From the NCBI GenBank assembly GCA_002269645.1, contig NIVC01000694.1, positions 372,001 to 436,000 of the forward strand: 64,000 nucleotides of DNA, written 5' to 3'. Each line of letters starts with the position of its first letter. The stretch's first letter is position 1. Shown piece by piece: positions 46,764-59,436 of this stretch. This DNA is from Macrostomum lignano (Eukaryota). A model generated the notes under the pieces. It was not told where the DNA came from, ran no database searches, and worked only from the letters and a program-made list of their open reading frames with translations. Made by a program: the position numbers and the translations under genes.

Positions 46764-49700
46764 TGTTGTGTCTTTTGTTTGTTTAATGATAAATCAAATG
46801 AACAAGTCTTGAACTTAAATTAACTAGCCGATCTTCGGCTCTTGCTTTTTATTTATTTATTTTTCTGCAAGCCTAACTTGCTCTCATTACGCGTAGAAGC
46901 GTACGGTGTGCTGGAACCATTTTGTCTATGGTTCGACTTGGCTTGGCTTATAGCCACAGCATCTCCCCCTTTTATAAAAATAACTTGAAAAGTTTAAGTC
47001 CCAAACTTGAGTGATCAAGGAAGTCTCAAAATAGTCACTCCTTGTAATTCACTCTTGGCTTTTGTTCCAGCCGCGTACTGCGCCGTGGCAATTCTGGTAT
47101 AGCTGGCTTAGACGGATGGTCCACTCGGACTGACTCAGTCTCAGAATCAATTTGCAGTTCCGAAATATCATCGTCATCGTGCACATGCTTTCCACCAGGG
47201 TTGCCATCGTTTTCACGCATCATTGGGTTTCCCATGCTGACATCCTTGTTCGAATCCAATTGATCGTCTCCCTGAGACTTCGGATCTGAGCTTGTTCGTT
47301 GAAGTTGATCTCTGTGCACTTTCTGGAATCTTCCGTCTTCTAGCTTGACAATCGCGGTATTCCTTCCCAATGGATTGATCAGCCTGGCCTCGTGTGTTGA
47401 CTTCTCTGTCTTGTACACTACTGTCTCACCAGGACTCCATGCAGCTACTGAAATCAACGGTACACGCAGTTTCCTTCCCATCAGTAACTCTGCTGGTGAT
47501 GTGCCACCTTTGCCCGCTGATGCACGGTAGAATAGAAGGTACCTGTCGATTGCGGCTTGGGAAAATCCATTTGCAGTGACAGCTTCTTTTATTGTACGAA
47601 CAAATCGCTCAGCCAGACCGTTGCTAGCTGGGTGGTATGCTGGGGTCGTTACATGATCGCACCCGATTTGAGTCAACCAACCACGTGTCTCTTGGCTAAC
47701 AAAGCTTGATCCATTGTCGGACACCAGGACTCTCGGTACCCCTAGCTGGGAGAATGTTCTTCTCAACCTCGAGATCACCGTAGCAGATGTCATGTCCCGT
47801 GTCACGTGCACCTCTGGATAGTTCGAATGAGAATCAACCATGACGAGCAAATATTGTCCTTCTATCGGACCCGCAAAGTCGATGTGAATTCTATCCCAGG
47901 GGCCTTGTGGTGCTTGCCATGAAGTTCGGAAATTCCGATTTAGAGGCTTCGCTTTCTTGCATGTCAGACAACAACCAACTACACGCTCCACAGCCTTATC
48001 GACACCTGGCCACCAGAAGTACTCGCGCAATAGAGACTTAGTGCGTGCCATGCCTAGGTGTACACCGTGAGCTGCGTTCACTGCTTTATCTCGAAGTGCA
48101 ACTGGTAACACTATCTTGGACCCACGAAGCACCAAGTCTCCCTCAGTTGTTAGTTCTCCAGCCAGTGGTTTGTAGCTACGCATCTCACTGTTCGAGAACT
48201 GTCCAGTTTGAATTGCCTCTCTGAGATTTCGCAGTTCGTGGCACTTCCTGGACCAAAACCGAATATCGGTCAGCTTGAGCAGATGACTTTCTGAAAGATG
48301 AATTGCACCAATCGCGTGAGTTGGAGCCTCCGTCGAAGCGTTTACAAGCCTAGATAGTGCATCAGATCGCATCTCCGCCGACTTCCGATATGTTATGCTG
48401 TAGTTGTAGCCGGACAATAAAATAGCCCATCTTTGCAGGCGCGCCGAAACCCTTTCTGGTAGCTGACTGGAGGGTCCGAACACGAAGGTCAGAGGGCGGT
48501 GGTCAGTTACTAGTGAGAATTCTCTGCCACAAAGGAACCGGTGACACCGCCGAATGCCCCAGACAATCGTTAATGCTTCGCGTTCGATCTGCGAATATCT
48601 CTTCTCCGCCGGTGACAACAACTTGCTAATGAAGATTGTGGGCCTGCCTTCCTGAGAGAGCACACCACCAATGGCCACCTGCGAAGCGTCACATTCGATC
48701 TCCACTGGTTTCTTCGGATCGTACGAATGCAGCATAGACTCAGCTGACAGTGCCATCTTGACCTTATTGAAGGCTTGTTCGTGCTTGTCTGCCCAAGTGA
48801 ACTCGGCTCCTCTGCGTCTAAGCTGTGACAGGGGCTCAATGAGTTCTGCGAGGTTGCGAATAAATTTACCGAAGAAATTAACGAGGCCAAGAAACGATTC
48901 CAATTCCGGTAGATTTTTCGGGGCTGACATCTCCCTTAACGCGCGCACCTTCTCTTCATCTGGCTTCACTGTCCCTGACTCGAGAATGTGACCCAGAAAG
49001 CGGACCCGAGTCTGCATTATCTGACATTTTTCCTCGTTTACTGTCAAGTTGTGCTTGGCCAACCGTGCTCTAACTTCAGCTTCTCTGTCTCTGAGGTCTT
49101 CTTTGGTCTCACCGCCAATGAGAATATCATCGACATATGCTACTGCTCCAGAAATTCCTTGAATAACTTCCACGATATAACGTTGGAAAATACTGGGGGC
49201 AGTCTTTAATCCGAAGACAAGGCGGTTGTATCTGAAGTTCCCGAATGGTGTAGACATCACGGTGATATCCTTGGAAGAGTCGTCTAGGTGCACCTGGTTA
49301 TATGCCTTCTCAAGATCCAAAATCGTGTAGTATTTGCAATTTGTCACTGCTGCGAATGCTTCTTCAACTGTCGGCAACGGGTAGCTATCCTGCTGTAGCT
49401 GTGGATTGACTGTCGTCTTATAGTCGACACAGATCCTGAGACCGCCATTGGGTTTTTGCACAGTCACAATGGGTGACGCCCACTGCGAAAAGCTAACTTG
49501 CTCGATAACTCCGTCAGTCACAAGCTTGTCGATCTCGCATTTCAGACGCTCGCGCAATGCAAATGGCACAGGCCTCGCTTTGATGTACTTGGGCACTGCG
49601 CCATCGACTAATCGTAAGCTTGCCTTGAATGGAGCTGAATCCTTCATCTCTGTATGTCCAATTGAGACGCATTCCGGATTGAATTTGATGACATCTCGTC

Positions 49701-51149
49701 CGAGCAATGCAAAGTTGCGGTTTGAGCGTACTACTTGAAACGTAATCTTGATGTTTCTTCCTTTCCATTCCGTGACGACAGGCAATGAGCCCAATTGGTC
49801 GAATTTGTGTCCGTCGGTGTAGCCCACCAAAGTCGAGGTGCTACCTCGCAACTTCGGCTTTCCAAATTTATACCACAGCTTGCTGGACAGAACTGAAACC
49901 GAAGCTCCTGTGTCAATCTGACAGATTATGGATTGCATTTTGCCTTCTACTTGACATGCCAGCTTCACTGTAGAGCACGACGCTTCTCTGCCAGTGTCAG
50001 TGTGCAAAATGTCTCTTTGTGCAGAATCCTCAGCCACAAAGTTCTGTTGACTGGATACGCTTGACCGACATGCCTTTTGAAAGTGGTTTGGCTTACCGCA
50101 TCTCTTGCAGGTTTTTCCCATAGCCGGACATGCTGCCTTTGGATGCTGGTTGCCACCACAACGAGGGCACTTCTTGTCTCCTCTGGGGGCCATCGGCTTT
50201 GACAGTGTTGGTTTTGAGCGGCCAATTTTCATGACCGTACCTTCTGCTTTTGATGCCGTCGCTGACTGCATTATATGCGTGTCCTTCAGTGACGCATACG
50301 CCTCGGCTTCCGCCACAGCAGCCTTGAAGGTTAGCTCCTCAAAATCTCGGATTAGCAGCTTTGCTATGATGACCTTGTCATTCAGTCCGCAGATGAATTG
50401 GTCCCGGAGCCGTTCCTCCTTGTTGCTAAATGCACATTTATCCGACGCTTTGAGCAGCCTCTCAGCGAATGCTCGAATGCCCTCTTTTGCGTCCTTCTTG
50501 GCATTTTGAAAGGCGTACCGTTCAGACAGGACATATGTTTTAGGCACCAGGATCTCCTTCAGCGCCTTTTTGAGCTCTTCGAAAGACATTGTGCTCGGTA
50601 ATGTAGGAGCCAGATGATCCGCCAGCGTGTCGTACAGACCAGAAGACAGACGCATGAGCAAAATCTGCGCCTTTTCTTCCTCTCCCCATTTGCAGAGATT
50701 GGCCGTAACTGTGAAGCGTTCCATCCATCGTGGAAACGACTTTCCTTCCTCGAGCTTCTCAATGTCGATCATGTTGAGCATGTTGTTTCCGATCATTGGC
50801 TGGTGGAATTGTGCAGTTTGGCCGATTCCTTCTAGACTCGCAGGATGTGGCACTTTGCCATCCTTAGTAACCGTCTTTGCTGCAGACTTCACTGGCAATG
50901 CCATTTTCTCAGCTGCCGGTGTTGGTGGTGCCATCCTGCTTGCGATGCCACTGTTGTGTCTTTTGTTTGTTTAATGATAAATCAAATGAACAAGTCTTGA
51001 ACTTAAATTAACTAGCCGATCTTCGGCTCTTGCTTTTTATTTATTTATTTTTCTGCAAGCCTAACTTGCTCTCATTACGCGTAGAAGCGTACGGTGTGCT
51101 GGAACCATTTTGTCTATGGTTCGACTTGGCTTGGCTTATAGCCACAGCA
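46764..51149 (-). mobile_element. Ty3/Gypsy LTR retrotransposon (Mag-like), intact
   Basis: 198-bp TG...CA LTRs at 46764-46961 and 50952-51149 that look identical, 5-bp TSD GATTG, PBS-like TGGCATCGC and PPT AGGGGGAGA. Confidence 0.97.
47035..50934 (-). CDS. Gag-Pol polyprotein (1299 aa)
   Basis: Two CX2CX4HX4C knuckles, protease DTGA, RT YVDD, RNase H (CDAS, EREAL, TDHRPL) and integrase (HH-CC region, HIDFAGP, SDNG, NGLAER) in Gypsy order. Confidence 0.97.
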   Translation of the reverse strand: MAPPTPAAEKMALPVKSAAKTVTKDGKVPHPASLEGIGQTAQFHQPMIGNNMLNMIDIEKLEEGKSFPRWMERFTVTANLCKWGEEEKAQILLMRLSSGLYDTLADHLAPTLPSTMSFEELKKALKEILVPKTYVLSERYAFQNAKKDAKEGIRAFAERLLKASDKCAFSNKEERLRDQFICGLNDKVIIAKLLIRDFEELTFKAAVAEAEAYASLKDTHIMQSATASKAEGTVMKIGRSKPTLSKPMAPRGDKKCPRCGGNQHPKAACPAMGKTCKRCGKPNHFQKACRSSVSSQQNFVAEDSAQRDILHTDTGREASCSTVKLACQVEGKMQSIICQIDTGASVSVLSSKLWYKFGKPKLRGSTSTLVGYTDGHKFDQLGSLPVVTEWKGRNIKITFQVVRSNRNFALLGRDVIKFNPECVSIGHTEMKDSAPFKASLRLVDGAVPKYIKARPVPFALRERLKCEIDKLVTDGVIEQVSFSQWASPIVTVQKPNGGLRICVDYKTTVNPQLQQDSYPLPTVEEAFAAVTNCKYYTILDLEKAYNQVHLDDSSKDITVMSTPFGNFRYNRLVFGLKTAPSIFQRYIVEVIQGISGAVAYVDDILIGGETKEDLRDREAEVRARLAKHNLTVNEEKCQIMQTRVRFLGHILESGTVKPDEEKVRALREMSAPKNLPELESFLGLVNFFGKFIRNLAELIEPLSQLRRRGAEFTWADKHEQAFNKVKMALSAESMLHSYDPKKPVEIECDASQVAIGGVLSQEGRPTIFISKLLSPAEKRYSQIEREALTIVWGIRRCHRFLCGREFSLVTDHRPLTFVFGPSSQLPERVSARLQRWAILLSGYNYSITYRKSAEMRSDALSRLVNASTEAPTHAIGAIHLSESHLLKLTDIRFWSRKCHELRNLREAIQTGQFSNSEMRSYKPLAGELTTEGDLVLRGSKIVLPVALRDKAVNAAHGVHLGMARTKSLLREYFWWPGVDKAVERVVGCCLTCKKAKPLNRNFRTSWQAPQGPWDRIHIDFAGPIEGQYLLVMVDSHSNYPEVHVTRDMTSATVISRLRRTFSQLGVPRVLVSDNGSSFVSQETRGWLTQIGCDHVTTPAYHPASNGLAERFVRTIKEAVTANGFSQAAIDRYLLFYRASAGKGGTSPAELLMGRKLRVPLISVAAWSPGETVVYKTEKSTHEARLINPLGRNTAIVKLEDGRFQKVHRDQLQRTSSDPKSQGDDQLDSNKDVSMGNPMMRENDGNPGGKHVHDDDDISELQIDSETESVRVDHPSKPAIPELPRRSTRLEQKPRVNYKE

Positions 51150-51540
51150 GATTGGAAACTCAGAGTCAGAGTAGTCGTAAAAGGCTCGGTTAGCATTAAG
51201 CTCGTATCTTACTGGAACTTTCAAGGTTTGAGTGATCAACTGAGAAACAGATAAGGGATGGGCAAAGAAAGGATTGACAAAGAATGAAAAGGGAACATGA
51301 AGTGGAGAAAAGAAAGTGAGAGTAGATTGTGAGCCGCATCGTCCTGCGGTATTTCAGCTTTGCCTTATGGTCGAGGACAAACTAAACAAGTTGTCCACAG
51401 CGAATATTCGCATGGGGGAAAGATGACAATTTTTAATTAGTTGAATTGTAATTTGTATAGACTAGCGTCGAAAATATAAAAAAAACGATTTTTAAGCTAC
51501 TCGCGCGCAGTGCATCGGCGCTGTAGAAACTTTACTGTGA

Positions 51541-53757
51541 TGTAACCACGCTCTGGTCGCGGGATAGGGCATGGGAACTTTTTCGAAAGTGCCTCCTATC
51601 CCGTGCACCCCCTGCACAGAGCTGTCGAGACTCGGCCAGGTCTCCGACCAGGCCTGGAGACTCCCGCTCTGCTGCACCCCTCCTACTGCCTTGGTTCCGT
51701 CTCCCCTGCCGCCACACCTGCCTTTCCGGAGCTCCCTGTCCCTCTCTGTACCCTCCCCTCTACCTTATCTCCCCTGCACTCCACCCTATTCTTCTTGTAC
51801 TTTCCCTATCTCCCCTCTTTTTGTCTCCCTCTGCACTCTTTTCCTGCGCTGTCCCCTCTTTCCCTGTGTCTACTTCCAGTATTTTGTGTGCTCACCGTCT
51901 CCCCATCCCCTCCCAAACTCCCAAACGGTGACGCAAGTCGTGTGACCCCTTCTTCCCCCGATGACTCATCGATGACTCATCCCCCTCTCTTGCGCAACCT
52001 TTTCTCATGCCATTGTTCTCCTCCCCAAATTTCTCATGCGACACCCACCCCACCTCCGCTTCTATTGTTCTCGTTTTTGCTTCTTTTGTTCTCTCGACCC
52101 CCACCAATTATCACATTTTCTCCGATTTTCTCTTTCTTTTGTTCTCGTTTTCGCACCTAATTATCACCTTTTCCCCAATGTTTACTTTTCCATTGTTCTC
52201 AGTTCTCCCCAATTATCCCCGTTTTCCTATTCCTTTGTTCTCGACCCCAGCCCTATTGTTCTCAATGTTTGCTTGCGCAACACTTTCGCGACCACCCGCT
52301 GCGCCAATTATCCTCCCACCCCACCTCCGGATTGCGCAATTTCCCTATTTCTCATGTTGCTATGCCGGTCTCATGCTTCTCATTATGACTCATTCTGACG
52401 TCATTCTGCCGGCAGCCAATCAGAGAGAGGGAGCCATGGTAACGACCTTGGGGAGGAGGCTGTGAAGTCTATAAAAGGAAGCGATTTCGGCATGAGAATC
52501 CTCAACTTCTGGTTTCGTGCCGGGACTTGTTCGGCTCCTCGTCCTCTTTGGACTTGCAGTCAGACATTGGTCTGACTTTCCCGTCTACAAGACGAACCTC
52601 TGCCGGTCCGCGGTCTGTTACCGCCAAGTCATCTTCAGCTCCCCAAGTGAGCTCGCCTATCGGCCAGCGGTCTGAAACCGCCCAGCACCATCAGCATCGC
52701 CTGATCTACATCAGCGCCTCGTCGCTTCAGCGCATCGCCGCTTCACTGTCTGCCTGACTGCAGCTACAGCCGCCCTCGGTCACTCCGCCTCTCTCTCTCT
52801 GTGCAGCTGCCGGTAAGTTCCTGTTACTAATTTGTGCTCTAATTGCCTTTGCTTATCCGGGGTTTGCCTATTTTCCATTGTCTGATTAGAGAGCTGAGCC
52901 AATTGTGATACCGTAACTTTTTGCTGTATTTTACTCAATAGTGAAGCCGCCTAATTGCCTGATTATTTGCCTAAGGGCCTAATTATTAACTATTAACTAA
53001 CCTCATCATTATTCACTCTTTCACCATCATTTCACTCATGGCTTGCTAAGCCTTTCTCCCGGGGTGGCAAAGCATAAGGAAGTTTGGGTAAGCTAATGGC
53101 CTCTCCCCGTGCAAAGCCCGCCTGTGAGTGCGTGCTGCGGGGCCGCGTGTGCGTGCAGTAGAGGGATTAGCGAGTCTTGGCACAGAATGGCCGTAGGAAG
53201 GTTGCAACCCCATGCTGACGCGTCCCTTCGCCCTGAGCAATCTAAACTAGAGACAGTACATGTTCGTCTCATACTACTCTTAGTAATCAAAGTCGCAAGT
53301 CAGCCTCGCTCACAGCCACAAAGGATCCCCTGCTGAGAAATCCTCCAGATTGAGCCCAGAGTTCCCGATCATGCCCCAAGCAGAGTCCCTGTACTCGGCT
53401 GCATGCGTCTCCCCTGTTAGCCTAAATCTCCTGGTAACCATCCCAGGCGGGGCTCTAGCCTCGAGAAGTCTGGTAGAAAGATCCAGGTGCGCCAGGTCAC
53501 ATAGAGTGGTGGCAGCCACTCGGTCATACTATGACCGAGTGACCAACTATTGCACCTTGGCTACAGGTGGGGTCCGTGTGGGTCCTTGGCCCTCTGGTCA
53601 CGAAGCGCTACTAAAGCTATCAATCATGTGGGCGGGACAGTCTGGTGCTGGAGGTCCGTCAGGTCATTGCCCGGTCATAGGCAGCCTACGGTCATTGCCC
53701 CCTCTAGCCAAGCGTTCGTCTCTCAATAGGAGCGGACCGGCGACAAGGGCGGTTACA
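51541..53757 (+). mobile_element. Possible solo LTR or LTR-derived element
   Basis: Termini TGTAACC...GGTTACA, internal CCAAT (~52415) and TATAAAAG (~52470), and a GTAAGT donor at ~52812. No matching TSD was seen. Confidence 0.35.
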
Positions 53758-54479
53758 TCAACTGCATAAATTTAGGTTTGAAATCAAGTCTGAGTATTAA
53801 ATCCTATCTCATCTGTTCAGTGTCACGGGTAGGCGCTACATCTGCTACCTCTTGCACAGAGATTAGTCTATAAAAAGTGTTTGCAGTCTGCTGTGCATTT
53901 CTTTTGCCGCTTCTTTGTGGGGCATTGCTGAAGTTTGCTGCAAAACTATTCATAAGAAAAAATTCTAAGACGCATTGTGGTGCCCCACTTCGCCCTACTG
54001 TGCTGGAGCAGCCATTGTATTTGGAGGGTAATCTGAATGCAAAAAACTGAAGTTCCCTCAACCTTCAACTGCACCTGCACAAAATTGCAAAGAAACTCCA
54101 GTGTACTCTGATAGGTGCGCACTCCAGTCACTCTGCAGAGTCTCTCAACTCTCTTTCAAGCAGCTCTTTAGTTTTTGCTCTGCTGTGAAGTTCCTCTGGT
54201 CTATCGGGTAAAAAGAAAACTGAAGTAAAAAGTAAAGTTCAAGCAATTTTTTCTTGTTTAACTTTCTATTTTCCAGATTTTTCAATGCGTATCAGCTGCA
54301 ATGCCAGCAGATATTGACAGCTCGTAGGGCCCCAGTCTCTCACCTGGGTTGGAGCAATCTATCGATGAAGTATTACATTTTAAAATATTGCCATCTCTCC
54401 AATGTATCCGCATTGTGTAAGAATAAGAAAAAGAAACCAAGTGCGGCACTTACTATCGCTATATAGCGAGTCAGCATAC

Positions 54480-54705
54480 GCGAGAACTTGTCTTCGCTCA
54501 GAATAAACATACTCTTGACATATACGCGCATGTGCATAGTGTGCATGAGGGATTCAGGTAATTGGTACGGGTGCGTACGGATTTTTGCTCCTTGTTTCTG
54601 CGTATTTGCTATGCAGACTAATTGCTGACCATGACAGCTAACTTAAATTTGACTTGCAAGATAGGTCTATTTGTTTCACAATGCAGAATATACAAGCTCA
54701 GCCAT
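54480..54705 (-). pseudogene. 5' remnant of an A-type APOL-like gene
   Basis: ATGGCTGAGCTTG start and upstream region homologous to 16.4-17.2 kb and 59.4-60.0 kb; stops follow early. Confidence 0.55.
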
Positions 54706-56051
54706 GGCTCTCTACATGCTTGGCGATAGCAGAGACCAGTATAAGAATTGATATTTCAACAATTTGAGTGAAGCAGAAGACTGGAACACAATGGAGAGTT
54801 CAAGTGTACAAAATAAATATTTAGATGCACGGTTGGCCAGTCATTTAAGCCTTGAATTGTCTAGAGGGGTGAGGCACAGCGTCTGTGCAGCAGACATATT
54901 TAGAGAGAGAAGATAGATAAAGTGTTGAGCAATAGTAAGTGTGCTCAGAGTGTATAGTCAATCAAAACTGAACTTCCCTTTTTGCCTCGGCTGCGCCATT
55001 GAATGCAAGCTTTCACTTTCATAGTTGTGAGCTACTCCAATGCACACAGGATGGTCTTCGAACTTCTCCCTGTCTAAGTGTTCGCTCAGTGTACAAAAGT
55101 TTATTTAACCGTCTGAGATTCAAAAACAGAGGGTGAGCACGCGCCTTGTCTCACTTCCATTGATCGGATCCGGGGCTTTTGCATAGAAGCACTGCGCCTG
55201 CCTGGCAAAATGGAGCTTGGGAGCTTGGGGGACCGCTGCGGCTTCTGGGATCAGGGCCATAGGGAAGTGAGAGGATAGGGAAGAAGGAAAAGAACTGAGT
55301 GGGAGAAAAGGGAAAGTTATACTCGTAGAGTCTAGGTTAAGTATCACTGAGTATCATTCAGTGTCATCTTTAAATAACTTGAGTATATTTAAGTATCATA
55401 AAGTATTCAGTATCCAGTATTACTAAGTAATCCAGCTAAAATCCAGGCACTTATTAAAAACTTGTGCCGAGAACGTTAGCATTAAGAGGAATTGTTGAAG
55501 CTGATTAAATAGTCGGTCATATAAAAATTAGACACAGAAGTAACTTTTTTTACACACGAAAGAATTTAGCTCGTATTACTTAAAAATGGGTGGGATAGGA
55601 TAGAATAAATAGTGCAATGATGTACCATTTTAAGTAGTCAAAAAGTAAATTGACGGCTTCATGGAAACAGGGTCAAATATAAAATGAAAAATAAAAATAA
55701 GTTACGATTTAACTGCTAAGTACACAGCCAAAAAGGGAAAATAAATAATTAAATGAATATATTTTAAATATTAAGTATAAATGTTGCGGAACATATTGTA
55801 TTTGTATAAATATTCTGTTGTGGATCAAACCTTGCAGTTAACACTTGTATTTTATCGTTCGAAATAAGATATAGGCATAGCAACTCTTACAGAAAGAAAA
55901 GGAAAGCTTTAGCAGCTTTGGTTAGGAGTTGAGGTTATAGATAAGTAAGAGGTTATAGATAGCTCGTAAAGTAAAGAAAGTAAAGAATCAAGTCTATCAT
56001 TGAAAGAATAAATAACGGTCAAGCTATTCTTCAGGGCACAACATATTCCGT

Positions 56052-56969
56052 CTATTTGATTCCGTACATCCTCATCTTAGCCTCCATCTCAGCCATCCTT
56101 GCCCTCTGTTCATCGAGCTCCTGCTGCTGCAGAGCGATGCGGTCGTCCTTCTCCAGGTCTTTTCGATAGAATTCCAGTGCGGTCTGCAGCGCTTCGATCG
56201 CCTTCTTGTCCAGCTGGATGGTTTCGGCTTTGTCTCCGCTGCTCTTCAGCCTCTTGGCGATAACTTCCAGTTGGTTTGAGTCGTCTCTGAAGCCTCTGGC
56301 CAGCTCACGCATCGCCTTCACATCGACCACTGTGTTCCTGGCCACCACACCGGCTCCAACGCCGCAGGCTGTGCCAGCAGCGGCACCAGCTGCAATCCAG
56401 GCGAGTCCGCCGGTGAAGAAGCCGAGAGCCGCGAGCCCGATCCCTCCAATCGCCAGGCCGGCAGTCTTTGCCGCTCCCCTGTTTCTCGTGCTGTTCGCTT
56501 CCTTCTCCAGCTCATCCGCTTTCTGCTTCAGCTTATCAGTGAGTTTCGTGGCGATTTGCTGTGCTTTGAGCAAGTGGCCGATGAATTCATCGAATGCGGC
56601 TGAGAAGTCGCTCGCCATTCTATGAGTAGAGATGAGCATCTCACAGAACTCCCTGACTACTTCTGGAGGGACGCTGCTCTTGATTTTTGTACTCACGAAT
56701 CTCTCGAACACTTGGATTTCTTTCCCGAAGTTCTGGAGCCAGACTTCCAGCTTGGATCCGGAGCTCCGCACTTTTTCCAGCTGCAGCTTCAGTTCCTTCA
56801 GCAGCGGCTCATTGGGCAGGTCGAGTTGATCCACCTCGCTTGCGTGCTTCTTCGTTTGCTCGATAACTCTGTACAGCTCGGTTCTATCGTCTTGGAGCAA
56901 CTTCATCGTTTTGACAGCCTTGCTGATGCCGCTCAGGACGTCGCCGATCTCTCCCAGCTTCTCAGCCAT
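56052..56969 (-). CDS. APOL/alpha-pore-former-like helical protein, B-type (305 aa)
   Basis: Intact paralogue of 18129-19193 with in-frame indels in the coiled-coil segments and a retained GxxxG-rich hydrophobic stretch. Confidence 0.75.
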   Translation of the reverse strand: MAEKLGEIGDVLSGISKAVKTMKLLQDDRTELYRVIEQTKKHASEVDQLDLPNEPLLKELKLQLEKVRSSGSKLEVWLQNFGKEIQVFERFVSTKIKSSVPPEVVREFCEMLISTHRMASDFSAAFDEFIGHLLKAQQIATKLTDKLKQKADELEKEANSTRNRGAAKTAGLAIGGIGLAALGFFTGGLAWIAAGAAAGTACGVGAGVVARNTVVDVKAMRELARGFRDDSNQLEVIAKRLKSSGDKAETIQLDKKAIEALQTALEFYRKDLEKDDRIALQQQELDEQRARMAEMEAKMRMYGIK

Positions 56970-57575
56970 GACTCTTCGAATAGTTTATGTATTGCTTTTG
57001 TTTGGAACTGCTTCACGATTGTCTTTTCTTAAGCTATACGCGTTTTTTAGCGTATGCAAATTTCGGTTTCTGGAAAAGTATTTAAGATTATAGAGTGAGC
57101 AGCTCGCGCTTGATTTTCCAAAAAAAGTTTTGGCACCCAAATAAATAGAAAATGAGAATGGGCTGAAACACATGCTCACGTAGTTGTTGGTACCTTGTTA
57201 AAGATACAGCCATTTATGCATTTTTCAGTACACTATTTAATGAATTATCTCTTGCATTTTACCCTCCACTTGAGCATATTTGTCATAGTGCAAGTCAGCT
57301 CTGCCCTGGTACCCTGATTCGCGAGCATCTCAACAATGGCGTACGATAATTCCAATGAATTATGTGCTCAAAACGCACGTGTTTTGCCTTACCTTGAGAT
57401 TCTCGCAGCTGGAGGCAAAACGCTCTTGCAGTTGCAGGTGTGCATATTAATTAAACCGAACTTCCCTTTCTAATAAGCTCAATGCACAGCTCGGTGCCGC
57501 AGCACCAGTCTGCAAGTCTGCAATCTGCTATGACAAGCTTTGCAGAATCTCGCTCTTGAAAGCGTGGTTCATGGC

Positions 57576-58044
<469 letters not shown>

Positions 58045-58476
58045 CTCTCCGGGGCAACCCGAGACCGAAATCGAAGCAAGATCAGACATTGGTATTTCAC
58101 TTTCTGTGTCGTTAAAATGTTGGTGTCCAAATCTTGGCACGGACATGTGATTTTTAAACAATCATTTTCGAATTAAACTTCGTATAATACACCTTCAAAA
58201 GTACCACTCATATTTGAAATACTATTTAATTGTACTCAGTATAGCTGTAAAGCATGGTAATAAAAGCAGTATACTAACATACTCACATAAGCTGCAATAC
58301 CAGCTCAATGATTGAAGTACCACTTCGAGAAAAATTACATTTGTTTTGTCTGGTGTAAATAGTAAATCGAAAATAAAACTACTCTGAGTTCTGCCTGCTT
58401 TTGCCTAAATGAAACCAAAGAAACATTACAATGAATTTTAAGTTAGTTATTTAATGAAAAGATAAGAAAATTTTAT

Positions 58477-59436
58477 CTATTTAATGCCGTGCATCCTCAT
58501 CTTGGCCTCCAACTCAGCAATCCTTGCATCCATTGCATCGCGCTGCTCCTGCTGCCGCCGAGCGATGCGGCCGTCCTGGTCCAGAAGTAGAAATCCAGCT
58601 CCACTTGCTTCACCACCGCTTTCATCCGGGCTTTCATCCCTGCTGAGCAGCTCCAACAGTGTCTGCAGCGCCTCGATGTCCTCGTCTAGTCGGATGCGTC
58701 CGGCCTTGTCGAGAATGCTCTCAATATTCCTTGCTATAACAGCTAGTTTCATTGAGCAATTTCGCATGTTCTCAACCTGCCGTTGTTTTGTTTTTGCGTT
58801 AGCGACAGTGGTTGCAGCAACGGCACCGGCAGCGACACTAGAGGTGGCTCCAGCGGTAGCGGCGGCAGCTGCGGCTGCAGCGGCCACCAGGGCAGCTCCT
58901 CCAGTAAATAAACTGACGGCCGCGAGCCCGGCTCCTCCAACAGCCAGACCGGCTGCTCCTGCCGCCCCTCGGATTCTCGTCTGGTGCTTTTGCCGCTTGA
59001 GCTCCTCCGCCTTCTGTGTGAGCCTCTCACAGAGCTTCTTTGCGAGCCGATGCGAGTCATTCAGTCCGTCGTTGAATCTTCCAAGAGCTTCACGCGAGTC
59101 TCTGAGACTCCGAATTGATTGCTGCACCTTTTCACAAAACTCTCTCTTTGCTTCACGAGTAAACTCGCTAGAGACGGGAAACAGTCGTTGAAAATGGTTG
59201 AACAATTCTTTTACTTCCGAGTACCGACACCACGACATGAGCTCGTATCCAATATCGCATACGCTCTGCAGTGCCCGTCTCAGTTTCTCTGACTTCGGCT
59301 CATCAGTCAGTCTTATTTCTTCCATTTGTGTGGCCAGGTGATTCGTCTCCTCGATAAGACAGTGCAGCTCATAACTGCATCCATTAGATGTTGACGTCCT
59401 GAAAATTCGCGATGCAAAATATGCAAGCTCAGCCAT
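58477..59436 (-). CDS. APOL/alpha-pore-former-like helical protein, A-type (319 aa)
   Basis: Intact ORF with LTQKAEELKRQ, GAAGAAGLAVGGAGLAAVSLFTGGAALVAAA..., DIEALQTLLE and a KMRMHGIK end shared with the B-type. Confidence 0.75.
   Translation of the reverse strand: MAELAYFASRIFRTSTSNGCSYELHCLIEETNHLATQMEEIRLTDEPKSEKLRRALQSVCDIGYELMSWCRYSEVKELFNHFQRLFPVSSEFTREAKREFCEKVQQSIRSLRDSREALGRFNDGLNDSHRLAKKLCERLTQKAEELKRQKHQTRIRGAAGAAGLAVGGAGLAAVSLFTGGAALVAAAAAAAAATAGATSSVAAGAVAATTVANAKTKQRQVENMRNCSMKLAVIARNIESILDKAGRIRLDEDIEALQTLLELLSRDESPDESGGEASGAGFLLLDQDGRIARRQQEQRDAMDARIAELEAKMRMHGIK

Noticed and set aside
47035-48000. Gypsy integrase as the missing Polinton integrase
   Set aside because: It lies outside the TIRs and belongs to a complete LTR element with its own TSD.
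53050-53770. gag-like ORFs inside the putative solo LTR
   Set aside because: Only short ORFs with no recognisable retroelement motifs.
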